From: Longimicrobiales bacterium
GTDB lineage: Bacteria; Gemmatimonadota; Gemmatimonadetes; Longimicrobiales; Gaopeijiaceae
Length of the DNA: 64,000 nt
Direction of reading: 5' to 3'
NCBI GenBank assembly: GCA_965198065.1
Contig: CBDAON010000004.1
Location: 992,001-1,056,000, forward strand
This document shows positions 27,217 through 36,880 of this stretch, piece after piece (the stretch's first letter is position 1; every line of letters begins with the position of its first letter). The notes beneath the pieces are model-generated. The model saw only the letters and a program-made list of their open reading frames with translations, searched no databases and was not told where the DNA came from. The position numbers and the translations under genes were made by a program.

Positions 27217-29172
27217 TTACGATTCGCGTTCCTCGTACCGTTCCTTGAGCTGCTGGACGACCTCCGGGTCCGCTAGGGTCGTGGTGTCGCCAAGGGTCTT
27301 TCCCTCCGCGATGTCCCGGAGAAGGCGACGCATGATCTTGCCCGAGCGGGTTTTCGGGAGATCGGCCGTGAACAGGACCGCGTCGGGCCTCGCGATCGCC
27401 CCGATCTTCTCGGCCACGTGCGTCCGGAGCACCTGCATGAGGTCTTCGGTGGGCTCGTTCCCCTCCCGTAGAGTCACGAACGCAGCGATCGCCTGGCCCT
27501 TCAGCGCGTGTTCCCTCCCGACCACGGCCGCCTCGGCGACTGCGTGGTGGTCTACCAGGGCGCTCTCCACCTCCATGGTCCCGATCCGGTGGCCGGCTAC
27601 GTTCAGGACGTCGTCCACCCGGCCCATCAGCCAGAAGAACCCCTCCTCGTCCCGCTTCGCCCCGTCACCCGCGAAGTAGACGCCGTCCCACTTGGACCAG
27701 TACGTCTGCCGATAACGTTCGTCGTCACCCCAGATAGTTCGGAGCATGCCGGGCCACGGCCGGGTGATCGCGAGGTAGCCGGCCCGCACCTCCTCGCCCT
27801 GGTCGTTCAGGATCGTGGCCTCGATCCCCGGGAAGGGAAGCGTCGCGCTCCCCGGCCGGGTAGACGTCGCTCCCGGGAGCGGCGTGATCATGATCCCACC
27901 CGTCTCGGTCTGCCACCACGTGTCCACGATCGGGCAGCGCTCCCCTCCAATCACGGCGTGGTACCAGACCCACGCTTCCGGGTTGATGGGCTCCCCCACC
28001 GTTCCGAGAAGGCGAAGGCGGGAGAGGTCGTATCCGGCCGGCCAGGCCTCCCCCCACTTCATGAAGGCACGGATCGCAGTGGGGGCCGTATAGAAGACCG
28101 TCACCCCGTGCTTCTCGCACAGCTGCCAGAAGCGCCCGCGGTCTGGGAAGTCGGGGGCCCCCTCGTACATGAGGACGGTGGCTCCGTTCGTGAGGGGACC
28201 GTACACGATGTAGGAGTGTCCCGTGACCCAGCCGACGTCCGCCGTGCACCAGTAGACGTCGTCCTCCCTCAGGTCGAACACCCACTTCGAGGTCGCACAC
28301 ACGTGGGTGAGGTAGCCGCCCGTGGTGTGGACGACCCCCTTGGGCTTACCCGTCGTCCCCGACGTGTACAGGATGAACAGGAGGTCCTCGGCTTCCATCT
28401 CCTCGGCCTCGCAGCCCGACTCCACGGTCGCCATCAGCTCGTGGTACCAGACGTCCCGCCCCGGCTTCATCTCGGCACCGGACGCCCCCCGGAGGGGATC
28501 CCGCGCCACAACCACCACCCGCTCGATCGAGGGGCATCGCTCGGCGGCGGCATCCGCGTTCCGCTTGAGGGGCACCAGGCTGCCCCTCCGGTACCCGCCG
28601 TCCGCCGTGATCAGGACCTTGGCCTGGGCGTCGTTGATGCGGTCGGCCAGGGAGTCCGGGGAGAATCCGCCGAAGACCACGGAATGGGGAGCCCCGATGC
28701 GCGCGCAGGCGAGCATGGAGATCGCGGCCTCCGGGATCATGGGCAGGTAGATCGCGACCCGATCGCCCTTCTCCACCCCTGAGCGCTTCAGGGCCTCGGC
28801 GAAACGGGAGACCTCGTCGTGAAGCGTGCGGTAGGTGTACGTCCGAACGTCCCCCGGCTCACCCTCCCAGGAGAGCGCTATCTTGTCCGCCGTCGGCCCC
28901 TCAAGATGTCGATCCAGGCAGTTGTGGGAGGCGTTCAGCCGGCCCCCGACGAACCAGCGCGCATAGGGAGGATCCCACTCGAGAACGCGGTCCCATTTCC
29001 GAAACCACGAAAGCTCGTTCGCCAGAGCTGCCCAGTGGGCCTCCGGATCCGCAGCCGCTCGAGCACGGACGTCGTCGCTCGAGACGTGTGCCCGCTCTCG
29101 AAACGCGGGGTCTGGCGGGAAGCGGCGCTCCTCGCGCAGCAGGTCGTCCAGCGCGCTCTGGGGTCCGGCCAT
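27217..29172 (-). CDS. acs: acetyl-CoA synthetase
   Basis: [47 protein letters not shown]. Confidence 0.97.
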   Translation of the reverse strand: MAGPQSALDDLLREERRFPPDPAFRERAHVSSDDVRARAAADPEAHWAALANELSWFRKWDRVLEWDPPYARWFVGGRLNASHNCLDRHLEGPTADKIALSWEGEPGDVRTYTYRTLHDEVSRFAEALKRSGVEKGDRVAIYLPMIPEAAISMLACARIGAPHSVVFGGFSPDSLADRINDAQAKVLITADGGYRRGSLVPLKRNADAAAERCPSIERVVVVARDPLRGASGAEMKPGRDVWYHELMATVESGCEAEEMEAEDLLFILYTSGTTGKPKGVVHTTGGYLTHVCATSKWVFDLREDDVYWCTADVGWVTGHSYIVYGPLTNGATVLMYEGAPDFPDRGRFWQLCEKHGVTVFYTAPTAIRAFMKWGEAWPAGYDLSRLRLLGTVGEPINPEAWVWYHAVIGGERCPIVDTWWQTETGGIMITPLPGATSTRPGSATLPFPGIEATILNDQGEEVRAGYLAITRPWPGMLRTIWGDDERYRQTYWSKWDGVYFAGDGAKRDEEGFFWLMGRVDDVLNVAGHRIGTMEVESALVDHHAVAEAAVVGREHALKGQAIAAFVTLREGNEPTEDLMQVLRTHVAEKIGAIARPDAVLFTADLPKTRSGKIMRRLLRDIAEGKTLGDTTTLADPEVVQQLKERYEERES

Positions 29173-29295
29173 GAACGGCTCCGCGTGGGACGGGTGAGGG
29201 CCGTCCGGCCCCGGTCGGGACTCGGACGATCGGGCGTCGGGGGACAGGCGTCGGGGGACAGTAGGGCACGCCGAGCGGACTGGACAGGGCTTGGC

Positions 29296-29865
29296 TTAAT
29301 CGACCACGGGGGGGAGGAGCTCCGCGACCTCGGGACACTCGAGGAGGGCTTCAAACGCAGCGACTCCCTCGGCGCACAGCGCCGACACGGCCGAGGCGCC
29401 CCTCTCGACCCCGGCCTGAGGGATCAGAAGCTTCACCCGGATCTGCGTCTCAGCCTCTTCCGGGCCGCCCGAGCGGCCGGAGAGCGTCAGCTTCACGGAA
29501 ACGGGCGAGCGGTCGGGGGCCGGGAGCGTCTCTCGGGCGGCCGCCGCCACCCGCCCGATTACGTCCCGCACGCCGCCGAGCCTCCCGAGCCGCGGACCTT
29601 CGAGCACCAAGGACAGGTTTCCTCGAAGGCCCCGGGTGGTTTCGTCGAGGAAGGCCTCCACGCTCACGCTGTCGGGCAGATCGTCGCGGTGGAAGAACAC
29701 GTACGCGCTCCGCGTGGACTCCCCGGCCCACCGGCCGTCGAACTCGTGACTCGTCGTCTTTTGGAGGCCCGACAGGACCCATCCGGCCCGCTCGACGCCG
29801 CTCCGCACGGCCTCGAGAAGCGGCTCCAGGGTCAGCACATCACGGGCGTCCCCGTAGGTTGACAC
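29296..29865 (-). CDS. hypothetical protein
   Basis: 189-aa ORF of globular composition filling the gap between acs and fur; no motif recognised. Confidence 0.7.
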   Translation of the reverse strand: MSTYGDARDVLTLEPLLEAVRSGVERAGWVLSGLQKTTSHEFDGRWAGESTRSAYVFFHRDDLPDSVSVEAFLDETTRGLRGNLSLVLEGPRLGRLGGVRDVIGRVAAAARETLPAPDRSPVSVKLTLSGRSGGPEEAETQIRVKLLIPQAGVERGASAVSALCAEGVAAFEALLECPEVAELLPPVVD

Positions 29866-29888
29866 TCTTTTTCACACTCCCTTAACTT
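29859..29888 (+). promoter_or_regulatory. sigma70-like promoter of the Fur-family gene, leaderless geometry
   Basis: TTGACA (29859-29864), 18 nt, TAACTT (29883-29888), 5 nt, ATG 29894; no SD. Confidence 0.65.
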
Positions 29889-29893
29889 TTGGT

Positions 29894-30361
29894 ATGTCCA
29901 GGCACGGCCGACCGACCGAAGACGTCCTCCGCGAATCGCTCGAGGCTAGCGGTCTGCGCTTCACAGAGCAGCGGGCCGCGGTATACCGTTTCCTGGCTTC
30001 CACCGAAAAGCACCCGACCCCCGACGAGGTGTTCCTCGCGGTTCGCTCGGAGATCCCGGTAATCTCCCTCGCAACCGTGTACAAGAGCCTGGAGACGCTG
30101 GTCGGATGCGGGCTCGCGACCAAGCTGGCCGGCCGAGGCGGCTCCGCACGATACGACGGCCGGACCGACCCCCATCACCATGCGCGGTGCCTCACGTGCT
30201 CGCGAATGTTCGACGTGCCGGGAAGCCTTGCGGCGGATGAGCTCTCGGAGCTGCGTCGGAGCGCTCACGGGTTCCGGGTCACCGGATACCGACTCGAGCT
30301 GACGGGTTACTGTTCGGACTGCTCCGAGACGGTAGCGGCGGGTCGGCTGGAGCCGGTCTGA
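29894..30361 (+). CDS. Fur family transcriptional regulator (PerR-like)
   Basis: GLRFTEQR, HPTPDEV, ISLATVYKSL, HHHARCLTC, GYCSDC. Confidence 0.93.
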   Translation: MSRHGRPTEDVLRESLEASGLRFTEQRAAVYRFLASTEKHPTPDEVFLAVRSEIPVISLATVYKSLETLVGCGLATKLAGRGGSARYDGRTDPHHHARCLTCSRMFDVPGSLAADELSELRRSAHGFRVTGYRLELTGYCSDCSETVAAGRLEPV

Positions 30362-32022
30362 CCCTCCGAGCGCCTCCCCCTCTCGTCCTCCCATCGGGCT
30401 TCCGCGGCCGGATCTTCCAAGGCAAGGAGGCCGCGACCCGGGCCTCGCGGGTCTCCGGACCGTATTCAGCGTTTCCACCCGCCTACGTGGTGCCGAGCGG
30501 CCTCGAGGGCCTCCGTGCCGTGGTGGGCTGGGCCTTCGAGGAGCGGATCGCCCTCATCCCCCGAGGCGGGGGCACGGGCATGCCGGGGGGAAACGTGGGG
30601 CCGTACCTGACGGTCGAGGTGGGGCCCGGGTTTCAGGACATCGAGTGGGTGGACGAGGGCCGCGGCCGGCTCCGGGCGGGCGCCGGGGTCGTCGCCGCCG
30701 ACGCGGAGCGCTTCGCCCGCGAGGCCGGTTTCACGCTCCCCTTCCTCCCGTCGTCCCGGAGACTGTGCCGGATCGGCGGGATGGTCGCGAACAACGCGGC
30801 CGGAGCCCGATCGTTTCGGCACGGAGCGACCGCGGCGTCCGTAACGGGCGTCGAAGGACTGTTCGCGTGGGGAGATCCGTTTCGGGTCGGGGCGGGAGCG
30901 ACCGAGCCCGATGTCTTCTGGGAGCTCCGCTCCCGGTTGGAACGGACGCTGGCCGCCACGGTGCCCGACGGACGCATGCTACCCGACTGGCCCCGCGTCC
31001 GGAAGAACGCGTCGGGCTACGCACTCGATCGATACCTGCCCCAGGGCGATCCGGCGCAGCTCCTCGCCGGAAGCGAGGGGACGCTGGCCCTCATCACGCA
31101 CGTGGAGCTCCATCTCGTGCCTGAGCCGGAGGCCCGGGGCCTCATCGTCCTCGCCGCCCGCTCGCTTTCGGACCTCGAGCGGATCGCGGAGCTGGCGGCG
31201 GAGCTCGGGACGGAGACGTGCGAGTTCCTCGGGCGACGGTTCCTCCATATCTCCGGCATCGCCGGCGGCGCCGGACCGGGCCCCGCCCGAGCCGACCCCC
31301 GGGTCCGATCCCTCGCCGAAGCGGCCGAGGCTCTGGTTCTGATCGAGGTCGCGGGATCGACCGAAGAGGTGGACGCGGGGATTTCAGCCGTCCGTACGGA
31401 GGGCGGTCCGCGCGCATTGGGGAGTCTCGTCGCTCGGGACCCGGACGAGATCGAGAGGCTCTGGGAGCTGAGGCACTCGGCGAGCCCCATGATCGCGCAA
31501 GAGGCGGTGCGAGGGCGGTTCTCAATGCAGTTCATCGAGGACTCGGTGGTACCGCCCGGGGCGCTCGGCTCATACCTGTCCGGCCTCGACCGGATCCTGG
31601 AAAGCGCCGGTCTGGACGCCGTGACCTTCGGTCATGCGGGCGACGGGAACGTCCACGTGAACCCCCTGGTCGACGTGTACGATCCGGATTGGAGGGAGCG
31701 CGTGCGAAAGGCGCTCAACGGAGTCACGGAGCTCGTGGCCTCGCTCGGCGGCACGTTGTCCGGAGAGCACGGCGACGGCCGTCTCCGGGCCCCCCTCCTC
31801 GAGCGGATCTGGGGCCCCCGCATGATGGACGCCTTTCGCCTCGTGAAGGAGATGCTGGACCCCAGGGGAATCCTCAATCCCGGCGTGATCCTTCCCCTTG
31901 GGGGTCAGGACCCGCTCGAGGGCCTCCGGCCCAAGCCACCGGAGGGGTTGCCCGGTCGCGAAGGCGGGGCGCATCTTTCCGCTTTCGACTCTCCGACCTC
32001 TCTTCCGGACGGGGTGGCGTGA
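30358..32022 (+). CDS. FAD-binding oxidoreductase (GlcD / D-lactate dehydrogenase family)
   Basis: PRGGGTG, IGGMVANNAAG, GSEGTL, GHAGDGNVH, LSGEHGDG, LDPRGILNPG. Start uncertain: CTG 30358 or GTG 30487. Confidence 0.88.
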   Translation: MTLRAPPPLVLPSGFRGRIFQGKEAATRASRVSGPYSAFPPAYVVPSGLEGLRAVVGWAFEERIALIPRGGGTGMPGGNVGPYLTVEVGPGFQDIEWVDEGRGRLRAGAGVVAADAERFAREAGFTLPFLPSSRRLCRIGGMVANNAAGARSFRHGATAASVTGVEGLFAWGDPFRVGAGATEPDVFWELRSRLERTLAATVPDGRMLPDWPRVRKNASGYALDRYLPQGDPAQLLAGSEGTLALITHVELHLVPEPEARGLIVLAARSLSDLERIAELAAELGTETCEFLGRRFLHISGIAGGAGPGPARADPRVRSLAEAAEALVLIEVAGSTEEVDAGISAVRTEGGPRALGSLVARDPDEIERLWELRHSASPMIAQEAVRGRFSMQFIEDSVVPPGALGSYLSGLDRILESAGLDAVTFGHAGDGNVHVNPLVDVYDPDWRERVRKALNGVTELVASLGGTLSGEHGDGRLRAPLLERIWGPRMMDAFRLVKEMLDPRGILNPGVILPLGGQDPLEGLRPKPPEGLPGREGGAHLSAFDSPTSLPDGVA

Positions 32023-33644
32023 GCCAGCGCTCCAAAACGCTCGCGATCCTTCTCGCCTCGCTCCCGGCGATCGCCCCGACGACCGTCGTGGGCCAGCTCC
32101 AGGCCGGGGATCGGTTCCCCCTCCAGAGCGAGATTCTCCGGTACATCAACGCCCCGGGCTGGCGAAGCAGCCAGTGGGGTGTGCTCGCTATCTCGCTCGA
32201 AAGCGGGGACACCCTGGTGGCGGTGGACCCCGGCGCCTCGCTTACGCCCGCCTCGAACCAGAAGCTCTTCACGACCGCCGCAGCGCTGGACCGGCTGGGG
32301 CCGGGGTTCCGTTTCCCGACGTACCTTCTGACGGACGGGGTCGTGCGTGATGGGGTGCTGGAAGGAGATCTGGTTCTCTACGGCACGGGCGACCCCGGGC
32401 TCTCCGATCGTTTTTTCGACTCTCCGACCGACCCGCTGCGCTCGTTCGCGCGGCAGCTCGTCGCTGGCGGGATTCACACCGTCACCGGCAATGTGGTCGG
32501 GGACGGCACGTATTTCCAGGGACCGTCGCGTCGCGACTCCTGGGGAGGGTTGGACAACTGGTACGCGGCGCCCGTGTCCGCGCTTACGTTACAGGAGAAC
32601 GTGGTGCGGCTCCGCATTCAGCCCGCGGCTGAGGGGGGCCGCCCGGCCCGTGTCCTTGCTATCCCGGACGGCGCCGCGCTGGACATCGTGAACACGAGCC
32701 GCACCGTGGCCGGGAGTCCACGCCGGCGGCTCGTGGTGACGAGGGACGACCCGGACGACCCGATCGAGGTTCGGGGCGAGATGGCGGTCGGCCAGGGTGA
32801 CATCTGGAGAGTGATCACGGTCTCCGACCCGGCCATGCACACCGCTTCGGTATTCCACCGGGTCCTGGCAGAGGAGGGCGTCCGCGTTCTGGGGCGGGCG
32901 CGTCCCGTCGCACATCGAGACGGCTCGCGGGTCACGGGCGGTCGGATCGTCGCCCCCGCGTTCGGGAGCAGGCCGACCCGGCCGCTTCGGACCGTGGCGG
33001 TGCATAACTCGCCGCCGCTCCCCGAATTGCTCGGTGTCATGAACCGGGTGAGCCACAACCTGTTCTCCGAGCTCTTTATCTTCACTCTCGGGCGGATCGC
33101 GGAGGGAGACGGCTCGTTCGATGGCGGAAGCCGCGCGATGACGGAGTACCTGGTGCGGACGGTCGGCACCCTGGACGGTGACCTAAGGGTGGTGGACGGC
33201 TCTGGCCTCTCGCGGCGCAATCGCGCCACGCCGTCGGCGTTCGTGCGCCTCTTCACGTACGTGGCCGGCTCGACGTTCGCTGACGACTTCTGGGCCTCCC
33301 TCCCCGTGGCCGGAAACCGACTCCAGCTGGGGCGAATGTACAACACCGCCGCGGCAGGCAACCTCCGCGCAAAGACGGGGACGATCCGACGCGTGTCCGC
33401 CCTGTCCGGCGTAGTAAGGACGGCGGGGGGCGAGGCCGTCCTGTTCAGCATCGTCTCGAACGGCGTCCCGTACACCAACCAGGCGAAACGGATCGAGGAC
33501 CAGATCGGGATCCGCCTGGCGTCGTTCTCGAGGGACGGCCCACCCTCCGAGCCGCGCTTTGCCGTGGTCGAGTATGGAGACTATGGCCCCAGGATCGTGG
33601 AGCCGCTGGCCCGAGTCGAGGAAGAAGCGCTGACCCGCCGCTGA
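32019..33644 (+). CDS. dacB: D-alanyl-D-alanine carboxypeptidase/endopeptidase (PBP4, peptidase S13)
   Basis: PASNQK (SxxK), GTGDP, SHN (SxN), DGSGLSR, AKTGT; GTGA overlap with the upstream gene. Confidence 0.93.
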   Translation: MSQRSKTLAILLASLPAIAPTTVVGQLQAGDRFPLQSEILRYINAPGWRSSQWGVLAISLESGDTLVAVDPGASLTPASNQKLFTTAAALDRLGPGFRFPTYLLTDGVVRDGVLEGDLVLYGTGDPGLSDRFFDSPTDPLRSFARQLVAGGIHTVTGNVVGDGTYFQGPSRRDSWGGLDNWYAAPVSALTLQENVVRLRIQPAAEGGRPARVLAIPDGAALDIVNTSRTVAGSPRRRLVVTRDDPDDPIEVRGEMAVGQGDIWRVITVSDPAMHTASVFHRVLAEEGVRVLGRARPVAHRDGSRVTGGRIVAPAFGSRPTRPLRTVAVHNSPPLPELLGVMNRVSHNLFSELFIFTLGRIAEGDGSFDGGSRAMTEYLVRTVGTLDGDLRVVDGSGLSRRNRATPSAFVRLFTYVAGSTFADDFWASLPVAGNRLQLGRMYNTAAAGNLRAKTGTIRRVSALSGVVRTAGGEAVLFSIVSNGVPYTNQAKRIEDQIGIRLASFSRDGPPSEPRFAVVEYGDYGPRIVEPLARVEEEALTRR

Positions 33645-33667
33645 GTGTTCGCGGAAGCGCGACCCCA

Positions 33668-33973
33668 CTACCCACTTTGCCCGACGATCGACGCGCTCAA
33701 GGGCACAGCCGAGGATCCGGCCCGCCCACGGGCCCAGTGGATCCGTCGCAAGATCTCTACAGTGGAGATCGTCTCCAGGGTGCGCCTCGCGGTCTTCTCG
33801 CTGTTCCATCGCACGTCGTCCAGGACCACCCCGGTCTGGTCTCCTCCTTCCGACGCCCTCACCCAGAACGCATAGCGTCCCTTGAAGTCCAGGCCAGGGC
33901 GGGCCCTGACACCGACCACCCAGACCCGGCCCGTCTCGTCCTCGACCTCGCGCATGGGTTCCACCTCACGCAT
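33668..33973 (-). CDS. hypothetical protein
   Basis: 101-aa ORF overlapping the upstream gene's stop; GGAG SD. Confidence 0.6.
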   Translation of the reverse strand: MREVEPMREVEDETGRVWVVGVRARPGLDFKGRYAFWVRASEGGDQTGVVLDDVRWNSEKTARRTLETISTVEILRRIHWARGRAGSSAVPLSASIVGQSG

Positions 33974-34841
33974 GGCTCCGCTCCTCCGTTTCTTCTCCGG
34001 GCTCCCCCGGCGCCAGCGGACGGGGTGTCCGAATCTCCGAGAAGTCGAAGACGATCAGCCCCTCGTCCGTCACCTCGGACCGCACGCGGAAACCGTCGTC
34101 GAGCGAGAAGAGGATCCGCTCGGCCGCGGCGATGGAGACGTCCAGCTCGGAAGCCACGTCCGTCGCGGTCAACTGGCCTCCTCGGGCCCCGGCCAAGCGG
34201 ACGGTCTCCCGCTCGAGCGCCCGGAGGAGCGCCTCTCTCCGCCGTCTTCGAGCGGACCATCCCCATGCGATGAGGGAGGCCCCCGCCAGCCCGACGACCG
34301 ACCCGACTACCCCGAGCATCGCATCGGCGTTCAGGAGCCCGACCCCAAACAACAGCAGCGCCGTGAGCGCGAGCGAGACCCCCAGGAAGCGGCGGAGTCC
34401 CCCACCTCCCCCCGGCAGGCCCTCGGGCTCCCCCCGACGCGAGGGCAATCTGCCGAGACGGCCGGGCCGCCCACCCGCCCCGACCCCGCGAACGGCGGAG
34501 GCTACGGCGCGGGCACCGGCTACGGGGGCTGGGACCGGACCGCCTGCGCGTCGTCCCCTCCACGATATCCCGCACGAAGGGCAGACGAGGCTCCCACGCT
34601 TCATCAGCCAAAAGACGAGACCCCCGGCCCCGTACGTGAAGAGCGCCACGCCCACGAGGAGGAGGGCATGCCCCGCGCGCTGGAAGTATCGCACGCCTTC
34701 CCCACGATACCCGCAGCCAGGGCACACGAGGACGAGCGGCGAGCCCGGGAGGCCACTCCCGGCTGCGCCCGATGCCGCCCCGCAGCGGGCACAAAAAGGC
34801 GATCCCTCGTCGAGTGGGCTCCCGCAGGACCAGCAGAACAC
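33966..34841 (-). CDS. zinc-ribbon membrane protein with C-terminal HTH-like segment
   Basis: CWSC/CARC and CPGC/CPSC pairs, several TM helices, GGQLTATDVASELDVSIAAAE. Confidence 0.72.
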   Translation of the reverse strand: MFCWSCGSPLDEGSPFCARCGAASGAAGSGLPGSPLVLVCPGCGYRGEGVRYFQRAGHALLLVGVALFTYGAGGLVFWLMKRGSLVCPSCGISWRGRRAGGPVPAPVAGARAVASAVRGVGAGGRPGRLGRLPSRRGEPEGLPGGGGGLRRFLGVSLALTALLLFGVGLLNADAMLGVVGSVVGLAGASLIAWGWSARRRRREALLRALERETVRLAGARGGQLTATDVASELDVSIAAAERILFSLDDGFRVRSEVTDEGLIVFDFSEIRTPRPLAPGEPGEETEERSHA

Positions 34842-34924
34842 GCGCGTGCCTCTCCCGTCTTCAGCGATGCGCCGGACGTGGTCTTCTCCCCTCCGGAACC
34901 CTACGAATGAGGTCTGTCGAGGAT

Positions 34925-35989
34925 TCAGCGCACCCGATCGAGCTCCACCAGGTCCAGGATCGGACTCCCGGTGAAGGCGGCGGCTCCCGAGCGGACCCGG
35001 CCCAGCACGCGAATTCGCTCGAGGGGAGAGAGGACTCCCATCTCGGCTAGCCTCTCCGGCGGGATCGCCACGTAGACGAATGAGCGATCCTCGTCGAGGG
35101 AGCGAGCGAGCAGGAAGGGTTCGCCCTCGTAGAAGTCGGTCCTGACCTGCTCGGCGCGCTCCAGGGAAATGAACTGCAGATCAACCTCCACCAACCGCCC
35201 CCGAAGCCGCTCGAAATCAGTGGAGAGGTCGCTTACCTGGATCCCCTCGAGGACGGGGGCAGCGTTCGGCTCCGGAACTGAATCTGGGCTGAAGGAGGGA
35301 ACCCAGACCCACCCGTCGAGCTGCACCCGGGCCCAGTTCCCCTCGCGCGCCAGAATCCGGACCTCGGACCCCGCCCCGACCGTTCCCAGCGTGTCGCCGT
35401 CCGGAGCGCTCAGGATCGGTCCTCCCCCGGCGCTGCTCCGTAGCCAGTGCTGGCCGCCGGCGATGGCGGCAGGAGCTCCCGCTAGCGGCACGTAGGGGGG
35501 GGGCTCCGCGGTCGCCGGCTCCGAGGCCGGGGCCGCGGCCACCTCGAGGGACGGGGTCCAGATCCACCCCGTCCGCCGGATGCGCACCCATCCCGGCACG
35601 CGTTCCAGCTCCTCGAGCAGGGTTCCCTCTTCCAGACGGCCGCCAATGCGGCCGGCGGGCTCCTCTCTCAGGTTCTCTCCGCCGGGCACCGCCACGGCCA
35701 GACCCAGGTCTCCCGGGTCTCGGGCCTGCAGGGAGGCGAGCCAGACGAAGCCCTCCAGCGTCACTTGGCTCCAGTTTCCCTCGGTGGAACCCACGACCAC
35801 GCGCGTCCCCGAATAGAGGCGACCGAGGATCATTCCGTTGGGCTCGCCGCGAAAGTTCTCCTCGATCCCAAGGGACGCTTCCTGCCCAGCGACCGGGGCA
35901 GCCGGCACTGAGGCCAAGCACAACCCGCTCAGGAGGAGGACCTCCAGACCGGCTCGCGACCGTCCGGGCCTCGGGTCTCGCGTTAGCAT
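34925..35989 (-). CDS. secreted protein with three SH3b-like repeats
   Basis: Signal peptide; three repeats ending EGNWSQV..EGFVW, PGWVRI..GWIW and EGNWARV..DGWVW. Confidence 0.75.
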   Translation of the reverse strand: MLTRDPRPGRSRAGLEVLLLSGLCLASVPAAPVAGQEASLGIEENFRGEPNGMILGRLYSGTRVVVGSTEGNWSQVTLEGFVWLASLQARDPGDLGLAVAVPGGENLREEPAGRIGGRLEEGTLLEELERVPGWVRIRRTGWIWTPSLEVAAAPASEPATAEPPPYVPLAGAPAAIAGGQHWLRSSAGGGPILSAPDGDTLGTVGAGSEVRILAREGNWARVQLDGWVWVPSFSPDSVPEPNAAPVLEGIQVSDLSTDFERLRGRLVEVDLQFISLERAEQVRTDFYEGEPFLLARSLDEDRSFVYVAIPPERLAEMGVLSPLERIRVLGRVRSGAAAFTGSPILDLVELDRVR

Positions 35990-36113
35990 CGTGAAACGAA
36001 CCCAGGGTGACCGGGTTACGTGGATCGAGGGTCTCGAAATGTCGCGCGGTCCGGAGGGCGAGTCAAACCCGCCCACTGGACAGCGGATCACCGGAAACCC
36101 CTACCGGACACCG

Positions 36114-36818
36114 ATGCGGAATCCACTCCCGTCTCCCCGGCTGCTGGGCCTCGCCCTCGCGGCATCGATACTCGTCGGAGTCGCTCCGCTCGCCGGTCAG
36201 ACGATCCCCTCGCCGTACCGTTTCATCGAGTCGCGCCACGACGCGGGGCTCTTCGTGGGTGGCGTGCAGGGAGACCGCGGAGCGCTGCGCCTTGGCCCGG
36301 GCGCGGGACTGATGACCGGCGCCCGGTACGGCATCCACGCGACCGGCCCCCTCACGTTCGAGGCCTCGACTTTCCTCCTGGTGTCCGATCGGGAGGTCTA
36401 CACGCCCGACGGCGCCGGAGGCCTCCGGCGCCTGGGCACGGCGAACTCATACGTGGGTAGCGCGCAGGTGCTCGTGCGCCTCACGGTGACGGGCTCCCGC
36501 ACGTGGCATGGGCTCGCCCCCTTCCTTCTGGCGGGCGGGGGGCTGACAGGTGACTTCGCCGGCCCGTCCGACCTGGAAGCCGACTTCCGGAGGGGCGAGC
36601 GTTACGATTTCGGACCGGCGATGATCGTGACGCTCGGGGCCGGAACCCGGTGGTACGTCACCGATCGTCTGAGCTTCCGCCTGGAGGGGGTTTTCCACCT
36701 TTGGAGACTGACGACCCCGCGCTCCTTTGTGCAGAGCGTGACCGAGCTGGGTCCCGTGTCGGACCACGAGTGGCCGAGGACAGCGGGGATCGTGGGCGGC
36801 GTCCACCTGGGGTTCTGA
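36114..36818 (+). CDS. outer membrane beta-barrel protein
   Basis: Signal peptide, amphipathic strands (APFLLAGGG, LGAGTRWY), C-terminal Phe. Confidence 0.75.
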   Translation: MRNPLPSPRLLGLALAASILVGVAPLAGQTIPSPYRFIESRHDAGLFVGGVQGDRGALRLGPGAGLMTGARYGIHATGPLTFEASTFLLVSDREVYTPDGAGGLRRLGTANSYVGSAQVLVRLTVTGSRTWHGLAPFLLAGGGLTGDFAGPSDLEADFRRGERYDFGPAMIVTLGAGTRWYVTDRLSFRLEGVFHLWRLTTPRSFVQSVTELGPVSDHEWPRTAGIVGGVHLGF

Positions 36819-36880
36819 GCCAACCGTTCGCCAAGCGCCGCTTTCCTCTCGGGAATCGGCGAGGATCCAGCTACCAAGCG

